Shown: positions 37,401 through 51,580 of the stretch, one piece after another
How positions within the stretch are numbered: the first letter of the stretch is position 1
Layout: each line of letters opens with the position of its first letter
Origin: the human T2T-CHM13v2.0 reference genome, Homo sapiens
Assembly (NCBI RefSeq): GCF_009914755.1
Contig: NC_060948.1
Direction: 5' to 3' (one strand)
Length of the DNA stretch: 64,000 nucleotides
Program-made: the position numbers and the translations under genes
Notes under the pieces: generated by a model
The model's database searches: none
The model's input: only the letters and a program-made list of their open reading frames with translations
What the model was told of the DNA's origin: nothing

Positions 37401-39710
37401 GTAACAACCTCACATAAGGAATATGTTTTCTCCAATATCCAAAGAAACTCACTAGACATTGTCCCCCATTTTTTTGTTTGTATGAGGGGCCAAATGCAGC
37501 AAATTGTTCTTTACCTTAGAAGGAATATGTCAACAGGTCTTACACCACTGGACCCCTAGAAATTTTACTGAGGTAGAAGGTCCCTGAATTTTAGTCAGAT
37601 TTATTTCCTATAATCTGGTATAAACATGCCTCACCAATAAGTCCAGTGTGTTTGCTACTTCTTGCTCACTGGATCAAATCAGCATAATGTCATCAGTGTA
37701 ACAGACAAGTGTGATATCTTGCATGAGCCAAAAGAAATCAAGATCTCTCTGAAAAAGATTAAGGCACAAAGGTAGAGAGTTGGTATACCCCTGAGGTAGG
37801 AGAGTAAAGGTGTATTGCTGGTATTGTTGGGTGAAGGCAAATTGCCTCTGGTGGGTCTTATGGACAGGAATGCAGAAAAAGGCATTTGCCAAGTCAATGG
37901 CTGCATACCAGATGCCAGGAGATATATTTATTTGCTCAAGCAATAAAACCACATTTGGTACAGCAGCTGCAATTCGAGTCACCAAGTGGTTAAGCTTACC
38001 AAAATCTCCTGTCATTCTCCAAGATCCACTTGTCTTCTGCACAGGTTAAATGGGAGAGTTGCTTTCAGACGTGCTGGTAATGACCAACTGTGTGTCTTTC
38101 AAGTCGTTAATGATGGTACTAACCTTCACAATCTCTCTGGGGTTGTGATATTGTTTTTGATTTACTGTATTTTCAGATAGAGGAAGCTCAAATGCTTCCA
38201 TTTGCCTTTTCCCATTTTAGTAATCCTCACCCTACAGGTCAGGAAGCAAATGTGGGGTTCTACCAGCAGCTAAGTGTGTCTATGTCAATAATGCATTCTG
38301 GCACTGGGAAAATGACCTTAGGATGACTCTAGGTACACGCTCGACCCACTGTAAGTCTGACGGGGGCTAAAACTTTATTAATTGCCTGACCTTCATAAGG
38401 TTCTATTTTAACTGTAGAACCACAATGATGTTTCGGGTCTCCTGGAGTCAGTATCAGCTCAGATCCAGGGTCCAGTAGCCTGAAAATTCTGATCATTTCC
38501 CTTTCTTCCAGGCATAGTTACCCTGACAAAATCCAGGCGTTACTTAAGGAACAATGAGAGAAAGATTCACTGCATAAATTGTTGGTAATGGAGTGGGGTC
38601 TTTCCTCAAGGGGATCCAGCCTCCCCTTCATTCAAGGGGTTCTGTGTCTTTAAATTGGCTCTGGTATGGAAATAGGTTGAGAAGCTGTGGTTCTGTTTTT
38701 ATAATTTAGAATAGTTCTTCATCTATTTGACACCAAAGTTTTCTGTTTCTATAACTTAAGTAGGAATGCAGTAGGCTTTCTATCAATTTCACTTCCAGGA
38801 ACACCTTGATTAATTAGCCAGTGCCAGGGTTCTACAGGTGTCAGACTCTTCTGATTGCTGCTTTGCGACAGCTGTCCATTATGGTACCTACACCCACCTT
38901 GCCTTTGATGGTCGAGTGTTGCCACTTGGTTCCTGCCACCTTGGGATTCAATTATCCCTAGTGTATTTAAATGTTATAGTTAGTGGCTGCAGTTCCCGCC
39001 CTTAGATCTGACACACAGAGAAGAGTAATTACAGAGCTGTTCAAAGATGCAGGTACTGCTCTGCTTCACAAGGCATTGATCAAGAATATATCCTCTGGAC
39101 TCTCTCAGCTGGGATGAGTAGGTCTAAAGTGAACTAATCTACTCCACCATTCCAATCTCCCAAGGCCTTTGGATTTCATCCTTTACTTTAAACCAATGGA
39201 GAGCGGACATTTATAGAGCTCACTCACAGTGGGCCATCTTTGAATTCATATTTTAGCTAACCAAGCAGATAAACTATGAGAAATTCTTAGCTCCCTGTGC
39301 TGCATCTTTAAATGCAGAGTCCCTACTAGGTCAGCCCTAGTCAATAAATTCAGCCTGATACAACCCTGTGTTCCTTCTGCTATTATCCCATACCCTTAAT
39401 ATCCATTTGCTTCTGTGTTCTCTAGCCTGCTGTTCATGTATATTATAGAACTCAAACAGTTGTTCTTCAGTTTACCACAACTTCTCATGGGTTGCACTCT
39501 CAATATCACCGTAAAGAGCCCGCCAGTACTTTAGTTTAGTTATAGGCTTAGAACCAAACAGAGATGTTGGGGGTGGCCTCTGAGAAGAATCAACATTATC
39601 ATACCTGGCAACTGACTCAGGGGAGGCTATCACTGTGGCCTCAGCCAGCACATGGTTTATCTCTATAGGTAGAGGTGGAAAGACTGAAGGCAGCATGTAC
39701 CTCTCTCTTC
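34486..39710 (-). mobile_element. HERV-L provirus remnant (partial MLT2 3' LTR 34486-34625; dUTPase, IN, RT, gag)
   Basis: RT ORF 37674..38042 QKTSGSWRMTGDFGKLN...WYAAIDLANAFF...YTDDIMLI; IN HKQSGH...CPIC; LTR edge CTCAGTATTAACCATCACA next to the polypurine tract. Confidence 0.92.
35073..35338. repeat. Compound tetranucleotide STR (TTCC/TCCC/TTTC/GGCT/GCTT) inside HERV-L
   Basis: Direct observation. Confidence 0.95.
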
Positions 39711-39714
39711 TGGG

Positions 39715-40288
39715 ATGCAGAACAATAATTTGAGATCAGCTGACTATCAGGGCTGAATGACCTGTAACACAACTATGGATAAAACTCGCCCCCTTGCTTA
39801 TCGTAGTGTGGAACACAAAAATAAGAGGACAGCTGTGGCCCTTCAGGGTGCACAGACTTAGGGGCTCTCGATGCCATGACTGTGACACCCTCTTAGGGGC
39901 TTTGCATTTTCTGGCATCTCCAAGCTTCTGGGCCCCACTACGTTTCACAGTATCAGCTGTGGATGCTGCCTGCAGTATGCCTGGCCCAGCTGCTGCTTCT
40001 CAGTGAGACGGAACTTCTGCTGGCACCTAAAATTTCTTGTTTTGCCACAGCTGGCATGCCTGGATGAGTTTAGTGGTTGGAGCCCACACTTGCTCATACA
40101 ACACTCACCACTCCACCATGCTTGCCCTTGGCAGGTGATAAATGCTGGCTCTTAATGCAAGCTGAGTGCAGCCTGTCAGGCAGAGTGGGTAGAACACATG
40201 TAGCAGGCCTGGGAAAAACTCAAGCAAAGGCACCACTGGCCACAGGGGTTTTCATCTGGCAAAGTGACTCCCCTAAAATTCTGTAACA
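39715..40288 (+). mobile_element. MER52-like LTR, 3' part
   Basis: GAGTGCAGCCTGTCAGGCAGAGTGGG...GCAAAGGCACCACTGGCCACAG...CTGTAACA. Confidence 0.75.
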
Positions 40289-40838
40289 AAAGAAGCATAG
40301 CTAATTGTGTTTAAATGCCTTACTTCTCTTAAATCCTGAGACACTGATAATTGAGTGTCAATACCCTGAATATTTTCATATTTTATCCTTATTTGGAAAG
40401 TATTATATTTCAACATTATTTAGAAATAAAATTTGCATAATTGGTATTTGCGTTGAACCACCTGAATCCCAAGAACATATTTGCATGGAACCACCTGATT
40501 CTCACAAAATATATTTCTGAAATATAGGCATTGGGCTTCAGATTAGCATTCTTTTAGCAGATTATGAAACTTGCCAATGGAACACAATTTCTAATCCCTG
40601 GATTTTGACATTATATACTCACATACTTTTTTTTTTTTGTGGAGGCACTTTTGCTGTGCATTGTAAGAGGATGAGCAGCATTTCTGACCTTTTCCACTAA
40701 GTGCAATAGTAGCATCCTTTTTCCATGGTTGAAATGTCCAAATATCTTAGTGTCTTCTGGAAGCTAAATTGTTGACATTGACTATTCTAAAGAGTTATGA
40801 AGAATGAATAAAAAAACCAGTTTTAACAATTTTGCAGA

Positions 40839-41131
40839 GGCCATGCAGGGTGGTTCACACCTGTAATCCCAGCACTTTGGGAGGCCAAATTGGGAGAATC
40901 ACCCTAGGTCAGGAGTTGGAGACCAGTCTGGCCAACATGGTGTAACCCTGTCTCTACTAAAAATACAATAAGTAAACAAACAAACAAAATTAGCTGGGCA
41001 TGGTGACAGTCGCCTGTAATCCCAGCTACTCGGGAGGTTGAGGCCAGGAGAATTGATTGAAACCAGGAGGCGAGAATGAGCTGAGATCATGCCATTGCAC
41101 TCCAGCCTGCATCACAATAGCGAACTCTGTC

Positions 41132-41163
<32 letters not shown>

Positions 41164-41165
41164 TA
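40839..41165 (+). mobile_element. Alu (AluS-like) with (AAAAC)n tail
   Basis: GGCCATGCAGGGTGGTTCACACCTGTAATCCCAGCAC. Confidence 0.92.
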
Positions 41166-41454
41166 CACAAATTTTATATGAGATCTTATTTTTATCTAAC
41201 TTTCTGCTGTTCTAATATCCTGTCACTTACGCAATGAACCAGAATGTCCTGCATGTACCCTGGAACTTAATACAAAACAAAGTTAAAGAAATTAAATAAA
41301 ACTAGAAAGGCTTTCTTTTCTTAGAAGTGAGGTTATAGTAACTGAAATGTGTGCCACACTTTATTTAAGACATTTTCTAATTACAAATCAGGGTTGTCAC
41401 AAACTGCATTGAAAAGCAAATAAGTAGAATATCTCAATTCTTAATTGATCAAAT

Positions 41455-41733
41455 TTATTTTCTTTTATTCTTAGAATGGAATCCCACACTGTCTCTTTGG
41501 ATGGTGTGCAGTGGTGCAATCTTAGCACACTGCAGCACCCTGCCTCCCAAGTTCAAATGTTCATTCTTCCTCAGCTTCTTGAATAGCTGAGATTACAGGT
41601 ATGCACCAACACACTCGAAGGGTTTTCACCATATTGGCCATGTTGTCTCAAACTCCTGGCTTCAAGTACTCTGCCTGTTTTGGCCTCTAAAAGTGCCGGA
41701 ATTACAGGCATGAGCCACCAAGGCTTGCCGGCC
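41455..41733 (-). mobile_element. Old Alu, paralogous to 55166-55440
   Basis: Degenerate Alu whose flanks match those of the 55.2-55.4 kb Alu in reverse complement. Confidence 0.85.
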
Positions 41734-42179
41734 CTCGTCTGAGTTTCCAATTGAGAAATACACTGGTCTTACAAACCTTATTTTTTATATCATATTTTTG
41801 ATGAGTTTCATTTTATGTCTCATAATTCACAAAGATAATTTAAGTGCATTGTCTCTCTATTGGAAATGAATTTATTTCCATTAATACATAATTAAAAGAG
41901 TAGGTTTATGTAGAAAGTCATTTTTCTATGGTGAAGAGTTCTCACATCTTAGAAATTGCTTTACATATCTCATTTGGAAAACTCATTGCATTTATTGATT
42001 ACACTTGCATTTTTTTTTCCTTTGCATTTTCTTTTGTAAGAGTATTCTAAATTGTTTCAAGATACAATAAGATGTTTAATTATGTCAAATAAACTTAAAA
42101 GGTATTTTCTTCGAAAGACAACTTTTTCTTAAGCTATGTTTCTACTAATACTGTGTGATTACTTTTTGTATGTTACTAG

Positions 42180-42401
42180 GAATTAATTGATGTTTAAATC
42201 TTCCCAGCATCCAAAGTTCATCTGCAATATTTAAGAAATAAAGAACTGCTAGCAGAGCAGGCTGTTCTGGTCCATAGTTCACCCACTACCGTCAACCCTG
42301 GTTTTGAGCTACCTGCAGCACAAGATTGGCTGGGTAAAAAAATCTCAAAAAGATATCAGTCTGTTTGATGGAAATATATTACATAGACAAAGAAATGACT
42401 A
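42180..42401 (+). pseudogene. USP9YP: USP9Y-like pseudo-exon (ELIDDFIFPASK exon)
   Basis: tag|[43 protein letters not shown]...|gtgggt; stop and frameshift present. Confidence 0.9.
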
Positions 42402-42968
42402 GTGGGTATTTAAAATCATAAAGAGGTTTTTTATCGTTAATAACAGTTTTGTTTGAAATTCTATATTTACATTTAGAAAAAATTAACTCATCGCTTTTGT
42501 GTTGCTTTGTTTTTAATCAACTAGCTTAACATTTTGTAGCCATCAGGTATATAATTAAAACCATTTCTATCAGAGAATATTATTTTTTTAAATAAGATGT
42601 ATTACTTAAATGCTCTCATATATGGTTTTGGTAATTTAACACAGTGGAATTGATTTAATCATATACAAAAAAATAGTAAGACTGTTGAGTAAGAAGAAAC
42701 CAAATTTAATGGTACAAAAAGTTTATACTAAAAATGTATACATTAAAAAGATTTTTCTAACCCAAACATTGAAGTTGCTTAATGTTGTTTTAGTTAAATT
42801 CCAAGAGAAGTATTATTTTAAAATCATAATGTGAAAAGAGATCATCTGAGTGCATGTTATTACTTTTAAATGTCCACGTCAATTAAACAAAATGGATAGC
42901 AATGTTCAAATCTTACGCAGAACTGAAACTCATAGCGAGAGGTAATGTAAGTAAATTGAAAAACAATA

Positions 42969-43290
<322 letters not shown>

Positions 43291-44546
43291 TCAAGGGAAA
43301 TCAGAGAGTTACAAATATAATTAACAACAGTATTCTGTACAGATATTTAATTGAAAATGTGAAATTATGTTAGTTTATATGTTTCTCTCTGTGAGTATAT
43401 TTTTTGGTACATTGCAGGAGTTTCTAGCTAAACTCACTGTTTAAAAGGACAGATCTTTATTTGTCCTGTGGGATCTATGTAAAGAGGAGAGTTTCCTTTT
43501 TAAAAACACAGACTTTTGTTAATTTATTTAACTATTGTATTGGCAGAATAAATAAATATTTTTAAAATTTTTTTAAGCAACCACTACTGTTATGAAACGT
43601 TAAGTCAATCTTTTCTTTCCTTGTGGTTAATGTATATTTCCAAATATATAAGACGGCATGCAATAAAAATTATTAACTTGCCATGAATATTGTATTTCTG
43701 GTCCAGAGATGTTTTTTGAAGTATATGCACGTCTTCATACATAGAGCTATTTCCTCTTCTTCTTCTTCTTCTTCTTCTTCCTCTCCTCTTTTTTTACAGA
43801 AATGAGAATATAAAATATACAATATAGTTATTTGTTTTTTACTTAGTGACACACCTGTCAATACATGAAGATCTGTTTATTTCTGTTCTGTGCTACATAA
43901 CTTGGCATTCAATGTACTCTAATTTATGCAGTCCACATCTAAGATGGATTGATGTGTAAGTTGTGTTCAGTTTTATAAGATAGAGAAGATTTCTAGTTCT
44001 CACAGGGATTTTAAATACACCGCCTAATTGACTTTATCTCATAATAAAATGAATATAAATTAATCATCACTATGTAATGAGGAAAAAAGCAGATATTTAT
44101 GTGAAGATTATAGTTTTTAGGTTTGAGAACAATAACTTGTATGCAGTGCTCAGTTTGAACTGAGAAAACTCTAATGTCCTATTTATATAAATTTCTGATG
44201 ACATTGTATTGAATACACTTATTTTAAGTACAAAAGTTTTTCAATCAGTTAACACACAATGATTAAAGTTAAGTCTGTGTTAGCACTTGGAAATTTAATA
44301 TTATACCACCTTATATGACTTTTTCAAATAAAACTGTTACAGAAGCAATGCCATTAAAAATGCAGAATTAAGATATCTCTAGTTAATGGTGCATATATTG
44401 GATCATGTTTCTGATGATATAAAAATTTAAGGTACCATTTGAAGAGTGCTGTGTTAGCCTGATAAAGTGAATTTCCCAGCCTGATTAGAAGAACTATGGA
44501 CAGAGTCATCATTTTTGTAGCATAAGCATAGTTCTTCTTCTCTGAG

Positions 44547-44766
44547 GTTGTGAAACACTCAGATAGTAGGAATATTTGCCCCCGATCAGACCCTGCCCAC
44601 AAAAATGACTTGTGGGACTCAAAGAGGCTGGTGTGACTAGTCACATAAATTGTGTGATCTAGCAACTATACATAATCTTAGTGGTTAGAAACAGTAGCTC
44701 TACAATTAGAAACACATGTGATGATGTAGACAATGATGGTTCAAAGATGAGTAACAAAGGTGTGAG
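44547..44766 (+). pseudogene. USP9YP: USP9Y-like pseudo-exon (Cys-box exon)
   Basis: CETLR**EYLPPIRPCPQK*LVGLKEAGVTSHINCVI*QLYII versus USP9 [38 protein letters not shown]. Confidence 0.88.
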
Positions 44767-46564
44767 TTAAATTTTAATTATTTATTTGTTTTTAATATTC
44801 TGATACCAGGTACTGTTTTTCTTCCTGAGATTACTGTACTTTCATGAGATTTTGTAAGGACTGCATTTTGACAATATGGCTAGAATGTCTGAGATACTAT
44901 GAATGGCATATTTTTCATGCTCACTATCTAATAACTTGAAAGTTTACTTGATAATTTTTATTATTTTTTGTTTGTTTTCAAAGTATAATTGATACAATCA
45001 TATTTGTATGACATGGTAAACGCAATTCAGAATTTTAAGAATAAAAAAATATTTATTTTAATAAGTATATTCTCATCTTGTATTTGAAGTATGCTATTTA
45101 ATTTTTAACTTTAATTTTATCTGTGTTATATAAGTTGTGTTTATTTTTAGGATTTTCTGTATATTTTCCTCAAATTAGCTATTTTTCTGCTTAAGAAAAA
45201 AATCGTTTTTCAGATAATGCTACATGGACCTGTTATCAACATTATTTCACAATTACAATAAGGCTACTAAAGGTATAAAAGCACCTGGTTGAAAATAAAA
45301 AGTATTCGGTTGATCATAAGGCAGCAAAAAGTTAGGCTTTAGTGGCAGATCACATATTTAAGATGCAGCTATTAAGTAAGTTAATACAGGAAACCTGAAT
45401 TTTGGAAATGTTTACACTCAAACTGTTTACCATTCCTTTACTTTTTTCGCATAGATATTGATAGAAACTAAAGAAAGAAATTAGAATATTTTAACTGTAG
45501 TAAACAGTTCCAAAATTTCTACATTTCTTTTCCTCAGTGGTCAGAAATAACTTTGCCTTCAAATAACATCTTGGCACTTAAAGTTTACAGAGATTACAAA
45601 ACACACACTTGCCTCTGCCTTTCTAGATATGACAGATCACACTATGCAGACATTACAACTTGGGTAACATTCCTTTTAGTAGGATCTCATTATGGGATGT
45701 CCACTCTTACTTGGTTAACAGCCACTACTGGACAAAAAGATAGAATTTGGTTCTTGACCCTCTAGCTCGTTTTTCCTCTAGGGTTTGGAATTGAAAACTG
45801 ATCGAGATGGCAAATTGTACTGGCAAGAAGCGAATGAAGTAGACAGAATATAGCATTCAAATTAAGTCCCCACCATTGTGCTTAGTTGCTTGTGCTTTAT
45901 GTTGTCTCAGCCCTTTACTGTGGCATGCATGTCTGCCTAGCTACTTTTCTGTGCCATGAACTTCATCAGGACATGAAGCAGATAATTTTTATTTCTCTGT
46001 CATAAACCTCAGATGCATACCAAAGCATAGAGAAACATGTTGCATATGTGTAAAACAGCTGTATTTTGTTCTGTAGCTACAAGGAAATTATGACCTTTGG
46101 AGCTTCTGTGTATGCTCTCGATCCTTCCACAACTACTCTTAAGGGCCATATTTATTGATTTGTAATAATTCTCAATACATCACATAAATTATACCATGTA
46201 AATATCAAAAATGCATGATACTCACAAGAAGACACTGCATTCCAGGAGAAAAAAGTACTTAGTTCTTGTAAGTTATTTATGGCAGAGCACTGATTTCTTT
46301 CCAATCTTGTCGACTTGAGAAGATTGTAGTCTATTTTCTTACCTGTGAGGTATGTTATTATTTTATTATTTCTACTGATAACTTTTCTGTATACTCTTTA
46401 TGATGGTCCACCTGTGAAATAAACACTAACGCTAAACATTAAACACAGTAAGTTCTTTGAAAATACTACAAAAATTGCGAATCATTTCATTAACTCAGTT
46501 TTGGTATATATTTCATTCAACTACTTTCACAATACTTTTAAAGATACTGCCTTTTGGCTTCTAG

Positions 46565-46754
46565 AGTAAGGCTCATCCTCACGATGATGTATTTAAGTAT
46601 TATCATAAATGTGAAGACAAACTAGCATTAAACAAGACAGAAGATAGTAAAGAGTACAATATTGGTGTCCTAAGACAGCTTCAGGTCAATCTTTTGATTT
46701 AGCTGCTTTCTGACTACAATTCTACGTACCCAAAAGTTTTTGGAAACAGTTCAG
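46565..46754 (+). pseudogene. USP9YP: USP9Y-like pseudo-exon
   Basis: tag|[41 protein letters not shown]...YVPKSFWKQFR|gtaaat. Confidence 0.92.
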
Positions 46755-47514
46755 GTAAATTATGGGTGAGTTATCATTTAATTTTGATGAAATCAACTCT
46801 ACATAAACTGAAATTTTTAAATATATCTTAAAATCCATAATGCATTTGATGTTAAATATTTAAACAAAAGTAATATTATAGCTGTCTTTCTTGGTCACTT
46901 CTACTAGTATTATCCCCATAGAAAGAGACAAAAATTGTCACAGCAAAGACAGGCCATGTATTCTTTCATCACTTAAAATATAATTAAATTCTTATTATAA
47001 TAAGATTTCTACTCTATATATAAACTAAACATTAAAATGTAGCCATTTCCTTGATCTAACAGTTGTCTAATGAAGTAAATCTCAATTATATAATTTTATC
47101 TCTATAAGTGTTAGAACACATCTGTAAAGATTTTCCTTAAAAAGTTGACCATGGTGCTGTCATCACACATAATAAAAATTATTTCATAAGCTTGGGCAAC
47201 ATGGCAAAAACCAGTCTCCACAAAAAATACAAAAATTACTCAGGTGTGGTGGTTTGAGCCTGTAGTATCAGCTACTTGGGAAGGTAAAATGCCATTTCAT
47301 TCACTGACTTTCGGTGTATGCTTAAAGTTCCTTCATTACTCTTTTCAAATTAGATTAGTGCATCAATGATGTCTTTTAGTTTCTAGAGTAATGTTTATCC
47401 ATGAGATTATGTATATCAAAGATCAACATTACTCAACATCAAATAAACATTTTTTCTTATCAAATGAACGTTTTCATCACTGTCAAGATAGTACCCCTTT
47501 CTAGCCCTGCAAGA

Positions 47515-47660
47515 AAATATATATATATGATAAACTTATATGTACATATATAATGTGTAACTTTATATAATACATATGTGTATGTGTATATATATGCATA
47601 TATGTGTGTGCGTATCTATATATATATTTGCAAATATATATATACAACATATATAAATGC
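47515..47660. repeat. (TA)n/(TG)n microsatellite
   Basis: Direct observation. Confidence 0.85.
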
Positions 47661-47667
47661 AAGCTTG

Positions 47668-47850
47668 TGCCAGGCACGTTCCTTCGCACTGGTAGTCTTA
47701 ACATTTTGGGAAGCCAAGGCAGCCAGATTACTTGATTTCAGGAGATCAAAACCAGCCTGAGTAACGTGGTGATATATCATCTCTATTAAGATGCAAAAAG
47801 CTAGCTAGGTGAGTGTAATTGTCTGCACCTGTAGTCCCTGCTACCTGGGA
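47668..47850 (+). mobile_element. Degenerate partial Alu
   Basis: CATTTTGGGAAGCCAAGGCAG...CCTGTAGTCCCTGCTACCTGGGA. Confidence 0.75.
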
Positions 47851-48569
47851 CAGCTTGTTTTAGAAACTAGAAAGAGCTATATGTTACAGTATACAGTAAA
47901 AAGTTGTGTGACAGTGTTTTATTGTCATGCATGCCACAAATTAGACCTGTTTATTGTTCTTTCAGGAAGGTAATTCATAGATATCTCAGAGGTAGAAAGA
48001 AAAAGGGATCTTCTGATTTCTGGGCTTCCTTCTGTTTCACTCACAGCAGCTCCCTTCTCTGTATTAGCATATCACTTAGATTTCTTTTAAATGTCTGCAG
48101 TGCACCTGTAATGCACTGACTCCCCATTGTATCTCTCAGTTTGAGGTTCTAGATTCCGTAGCTAAACTGTAAACTTAGGGTTGTAAGTGTAATTTGCATA
48201 CGTAATTCTTATTGAACTATTTCGGTTCTATAGCCTCACGTGTGACCAACACTCCCTTTTTCTTGCATCAACAAGTTATTTTCATTTATTTGATCTACTC
48301 AAGACATTTTTTTTCTGAAATCTAGTCAACATTTCTGTTCTTTTTCATTCAAATTACTATAACACTATGAGTTTCTGTCTTCAAAACTTTTACTCAATAA
48401 TTTATGTGTGCATGCATCTATGTGTGATTGTTTGCAAACAATTGGCACAAGGGACCTGTTTTGTGAAAGACAATTTTCTATTATCTTCACTGGAAAACCA
48501 AACCAAACAAAACCAAACAAAAACATGAAGAATATATATTTATAATTTATTTCTTTAAAATATCTTTAG

Positions 48570-48698
48570 GTACAAATATGAAAAATATTTTAACACTTTA
48601 AATGTGGACATTAACAGTCATCAAAATCTTCTTGAATCTTTGGTATAGTATATCCAATGGAAGGGGAAAATCCACATTGTTGTAAAATGGGATAAAAT
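48570..48698 (+). pseudogene. USP9YP: USP9Y-like pseudo-exon
   Basis: tag|YKYEKYFNTLNVDINSHQNLLESLV*YIQ versus [29 protein letters not shown]; donor gtatg. Confidence 0.88.
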
Positions 48699-49414
48699 GT
48701 ATGTTTTTTTCAGTTTTGAAAAAAAAAAAGATCTCATTCAACAAAACCAGAAGACATTAGAGTTGTTTGTGCTCATCCACAAAATTAACTTCTGGTTTCT
48801 CTTTACTGTTTTAGTGGTATCAGACAGGTAGTTAAGATGATAACTTGTTTAAAGGAAAATAATATTGACAAAATACAGTGACTGACTTGAGGAAAAATGA
48901 TTGTTATTAAATGAATAATTTTGGATGTAGACGATCTCACAGAGGGTTCTCATCTGTCCTCTATGATAAATTGCAATTTAATGATTGAATATTGAAGAGT
49001 TGACAGAAGAAAATATTATTCTTTTTCTATTACAGATACCTCTTCATTTTATGCGGTTACAACAGATGTTAACAACCACGAGTAGTTTCACAAACAGATT
49101 TCATTCTTTAGGCCTAACCAGCCCATTTTACCTCTTTGGAACTTGTTTGGGAGATGGAATGAAGAACTATCTTGGGAGACGTAAGCTAAATAACATGGAT
49201 GTCTTTCTTGGCCTTCATAACTTCTCACCTCCAAGCTGTCTGCATTGCTGTGAACTTAGCTGTCATTTAGATTGTGGTTCATTTGTAACATCATATTGCC
49301 TGCTCTTCACATCTCTGAGAAATGAAACAATTTATTTCACCCTTTCACTCTTAATGCAAACCTCTTAAAATAACTATATATAGGTCTTAATGTTGTATTT
49401 TATTTTATTTACTC

Positions 49415-49722
49415 ATTTTTTATTTATTTTTGAGATAGAGTCTCACTCTGTCACCCAGGCTGGAGTGCCGTGGCCCGGTCTATGCTCACTGCAACTCCAA
49501 CTTCCAGGTTCACGCCATTCTCCTGCCTCAGCCTCCAGAGTAGCTGGGACTACAGGCGCCAGCCACCACGCCTGGCTAATTTTTTAGTATTTTTAATAGA
49601 GACAGGGTTGAACCGTGTTAGCCAGGATGGTTGGGATTTCCTGACTTCGTGATCTGCCCATCTCGGCCTCCCAACGTGTTGAGATTACAGGCGTGGGATT
49701 ACAGGTCACCGCGCTCGGCCAG
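49415..49722 (-). mobile_element. AluY-like
   Basis: TTTTGAGATAGAGTCTCACTCTG...CACCGCGCTCGGCC. Confidence 0.92.
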
Positions 49723-49749
49723 GTCCTAAACGTTTTTTTTATAAGACAG

Positions 49750-50008
49750 TGAGACCGGCCTGGCCAAAAGGGTGAAACTCCACCTCTGCTAAAAATATGA
49801 AAATTAGCCAGGCGTCGTGGCATATGCCTGTAAAATTAGATACTGGGGAGGCTGAGACAGGTGAATTTCTTGAATCTGGGAGGCATATGTTACAGTGAGC
49901 GGAGATCCTGCCATTGCACCGCAGCCTAGGGGAAGAGAGCAAAACCCTATCATCTCAAAAAAAAAAAAAAAAAAAAAAAAAAGAAAGAAAGAAAGAAAAG
50001 AAAAAAAA
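49750..50008 (+). mobile_element. 5'-truncated AluS-like with long A tail
   Basis: GAGACCGGCCTGGCCAAAAGGGTGAAAC...CATCTC(A)n(AAAG)n. Confidence 0.9.
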
Positions 50009-50699
50009 CTGTGAGAATTAAACACATTAGTGTCTGTGTGTCTCTTAGTGTATTACCTCTTCTTTAAGTGCTATAAATATCAGCTGCTATTATTGCTTAT
50101 CATGTATCTTCAATTTACTCACACCAAATTCTGCTTCATAGCATAAAAGAAAACAGAACAGTAACAGTCAGATAGTAGTGGCTATATGGAACCACAAAAG
50201 CATCAGTGTCTGTGTCAGTAATCTTTTGTAATTTATGACAAATAAGTGACCTTTTACACCTACAGATTCTGCAAACATAGATTTCTTAAAACCTAAACTG
50301 TACTCAGTGTAACAATTTAGATTTGCTTCTTATGATAAGTAATTTGTGTTTGGCTTGTAGGAGTTTTTACAAGGTATCGAATGTGTTTAATCTATTTCTT
50401 CAGTCTTCTTGTTCTTTCTTTATGAAATCATTAGATCTAATTTATATGAATGTGTTGCCTTTTTGGTTTAGTTATTTCAAGGTAAAATATTTAAGATATC
50501 TTTACCTTAGAATATTGGTTTTTAATATATGGAAATATGGAAGAGCATTTATGTATTATATTAATTATTACTTTTTACTTAAGCAGTTTGAAATACGAGT
50601 CAGTGAAGTAATCACTAAGATTTGGCTTAACTAACAAATATTTTATTAACAGCTTGAAAATACAAATGTTTTTGACTATATATATAATTTTTTTTGAAC

Positions 50700-50821
50700 A
50701 GTAGAATTATTTTCTGCATGAAGGAAAAGAATTTTCTATGATTAGCATACAAATTGCCTCTATATTCATCATTACCACAGGATGTTACACCAAAAAATGT
50801 TTGTGTTCCTGCCAGTGACTG
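50700..50821 (+). pseudogene. USP9YP: USP9Y-like pseudo-exon
   Basis: *NYFLHEGKEFSMISIQIASIFIITTGCYTKK/VCVPASDW versus [41 protein letters not shown]. Confidence 0.85.
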
Positions 50822-51149
50822 GTACATGGCTTTGGATTTCACTCATAATGTAATTATAATTGGTTTGATTGTCTATTATGCCACTTTATATTTCCTAACA
50901 GTAAAATTATTATTTCAATTTTTAAATACACGAAAAACATTTTTGCGGTAATTGTGTGAGAATTCTTGGTAAACATAAAATTCTCTAATCTAAATATGCA
51001 TTTTTTAATTAAAAATTATCTCTGTCTTCAAAAAATTTGTATCATAGCTTATTCTACTTTATCATTCAGTATTAAGCTTTATCTATTCTAAACAAAATCT
51101 TTACTTATAATTTAAAAAGTGGATCAGGTTTTACATCAGATTTTGTTTC

Positions 51150-51580
51150 TCATGTTGATAATTCCAATAATTTGGAAGGGCAAGGAAAAAAGGACAATTG
51201 AGGCCAGGAATTTGGAACAGAGTTTGGCAAAATCCTGAAACACCATCTTTATAAAAAGTTTTTTAAAATGAGAAGATGTGGTGGCTTAACACTGGTAATC
51301 TTGTCACTTAATGAGGCCAAGATGGGTGGATCACTTTAGGCCTAGGATTTGAGGCCAGCCTGAGTAACACTGCAAGATTCTGACTCTAAGAAAAAATTAA
51401 AATAAATATATAAATTAAATAATTAGCTGAGCCTACTGGCCTTTTCTTCTAGATGTAGCTAATTGGGAGGCTGAGGAAGCAGGACGACATAAGTCCAGGA
51501 GTTGGAAGCTGCAGTTAGTGACGATGGCACCACTGTATTCATTCCAGCTGGAGCACTAGAAAATTGTCTCTTAAAAAAAG
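51150..51580 (+). mobile_element. Degenerate AluJ/FLAM-like cluster
   Basis: Two left-monomer-like units and one right monomer. Confidence 0.7.

Noticed and set aside
43752-43790. Poly-Glu ORF (43673..43861-)
   Set aside because: Short (CTT)n repeat in intron-derived sequence.
48985-49368. 127-aa ORF, possibly a USP9 C-terminal remnant
   Set aside because: Similarity is too weak and out of exon order to support.
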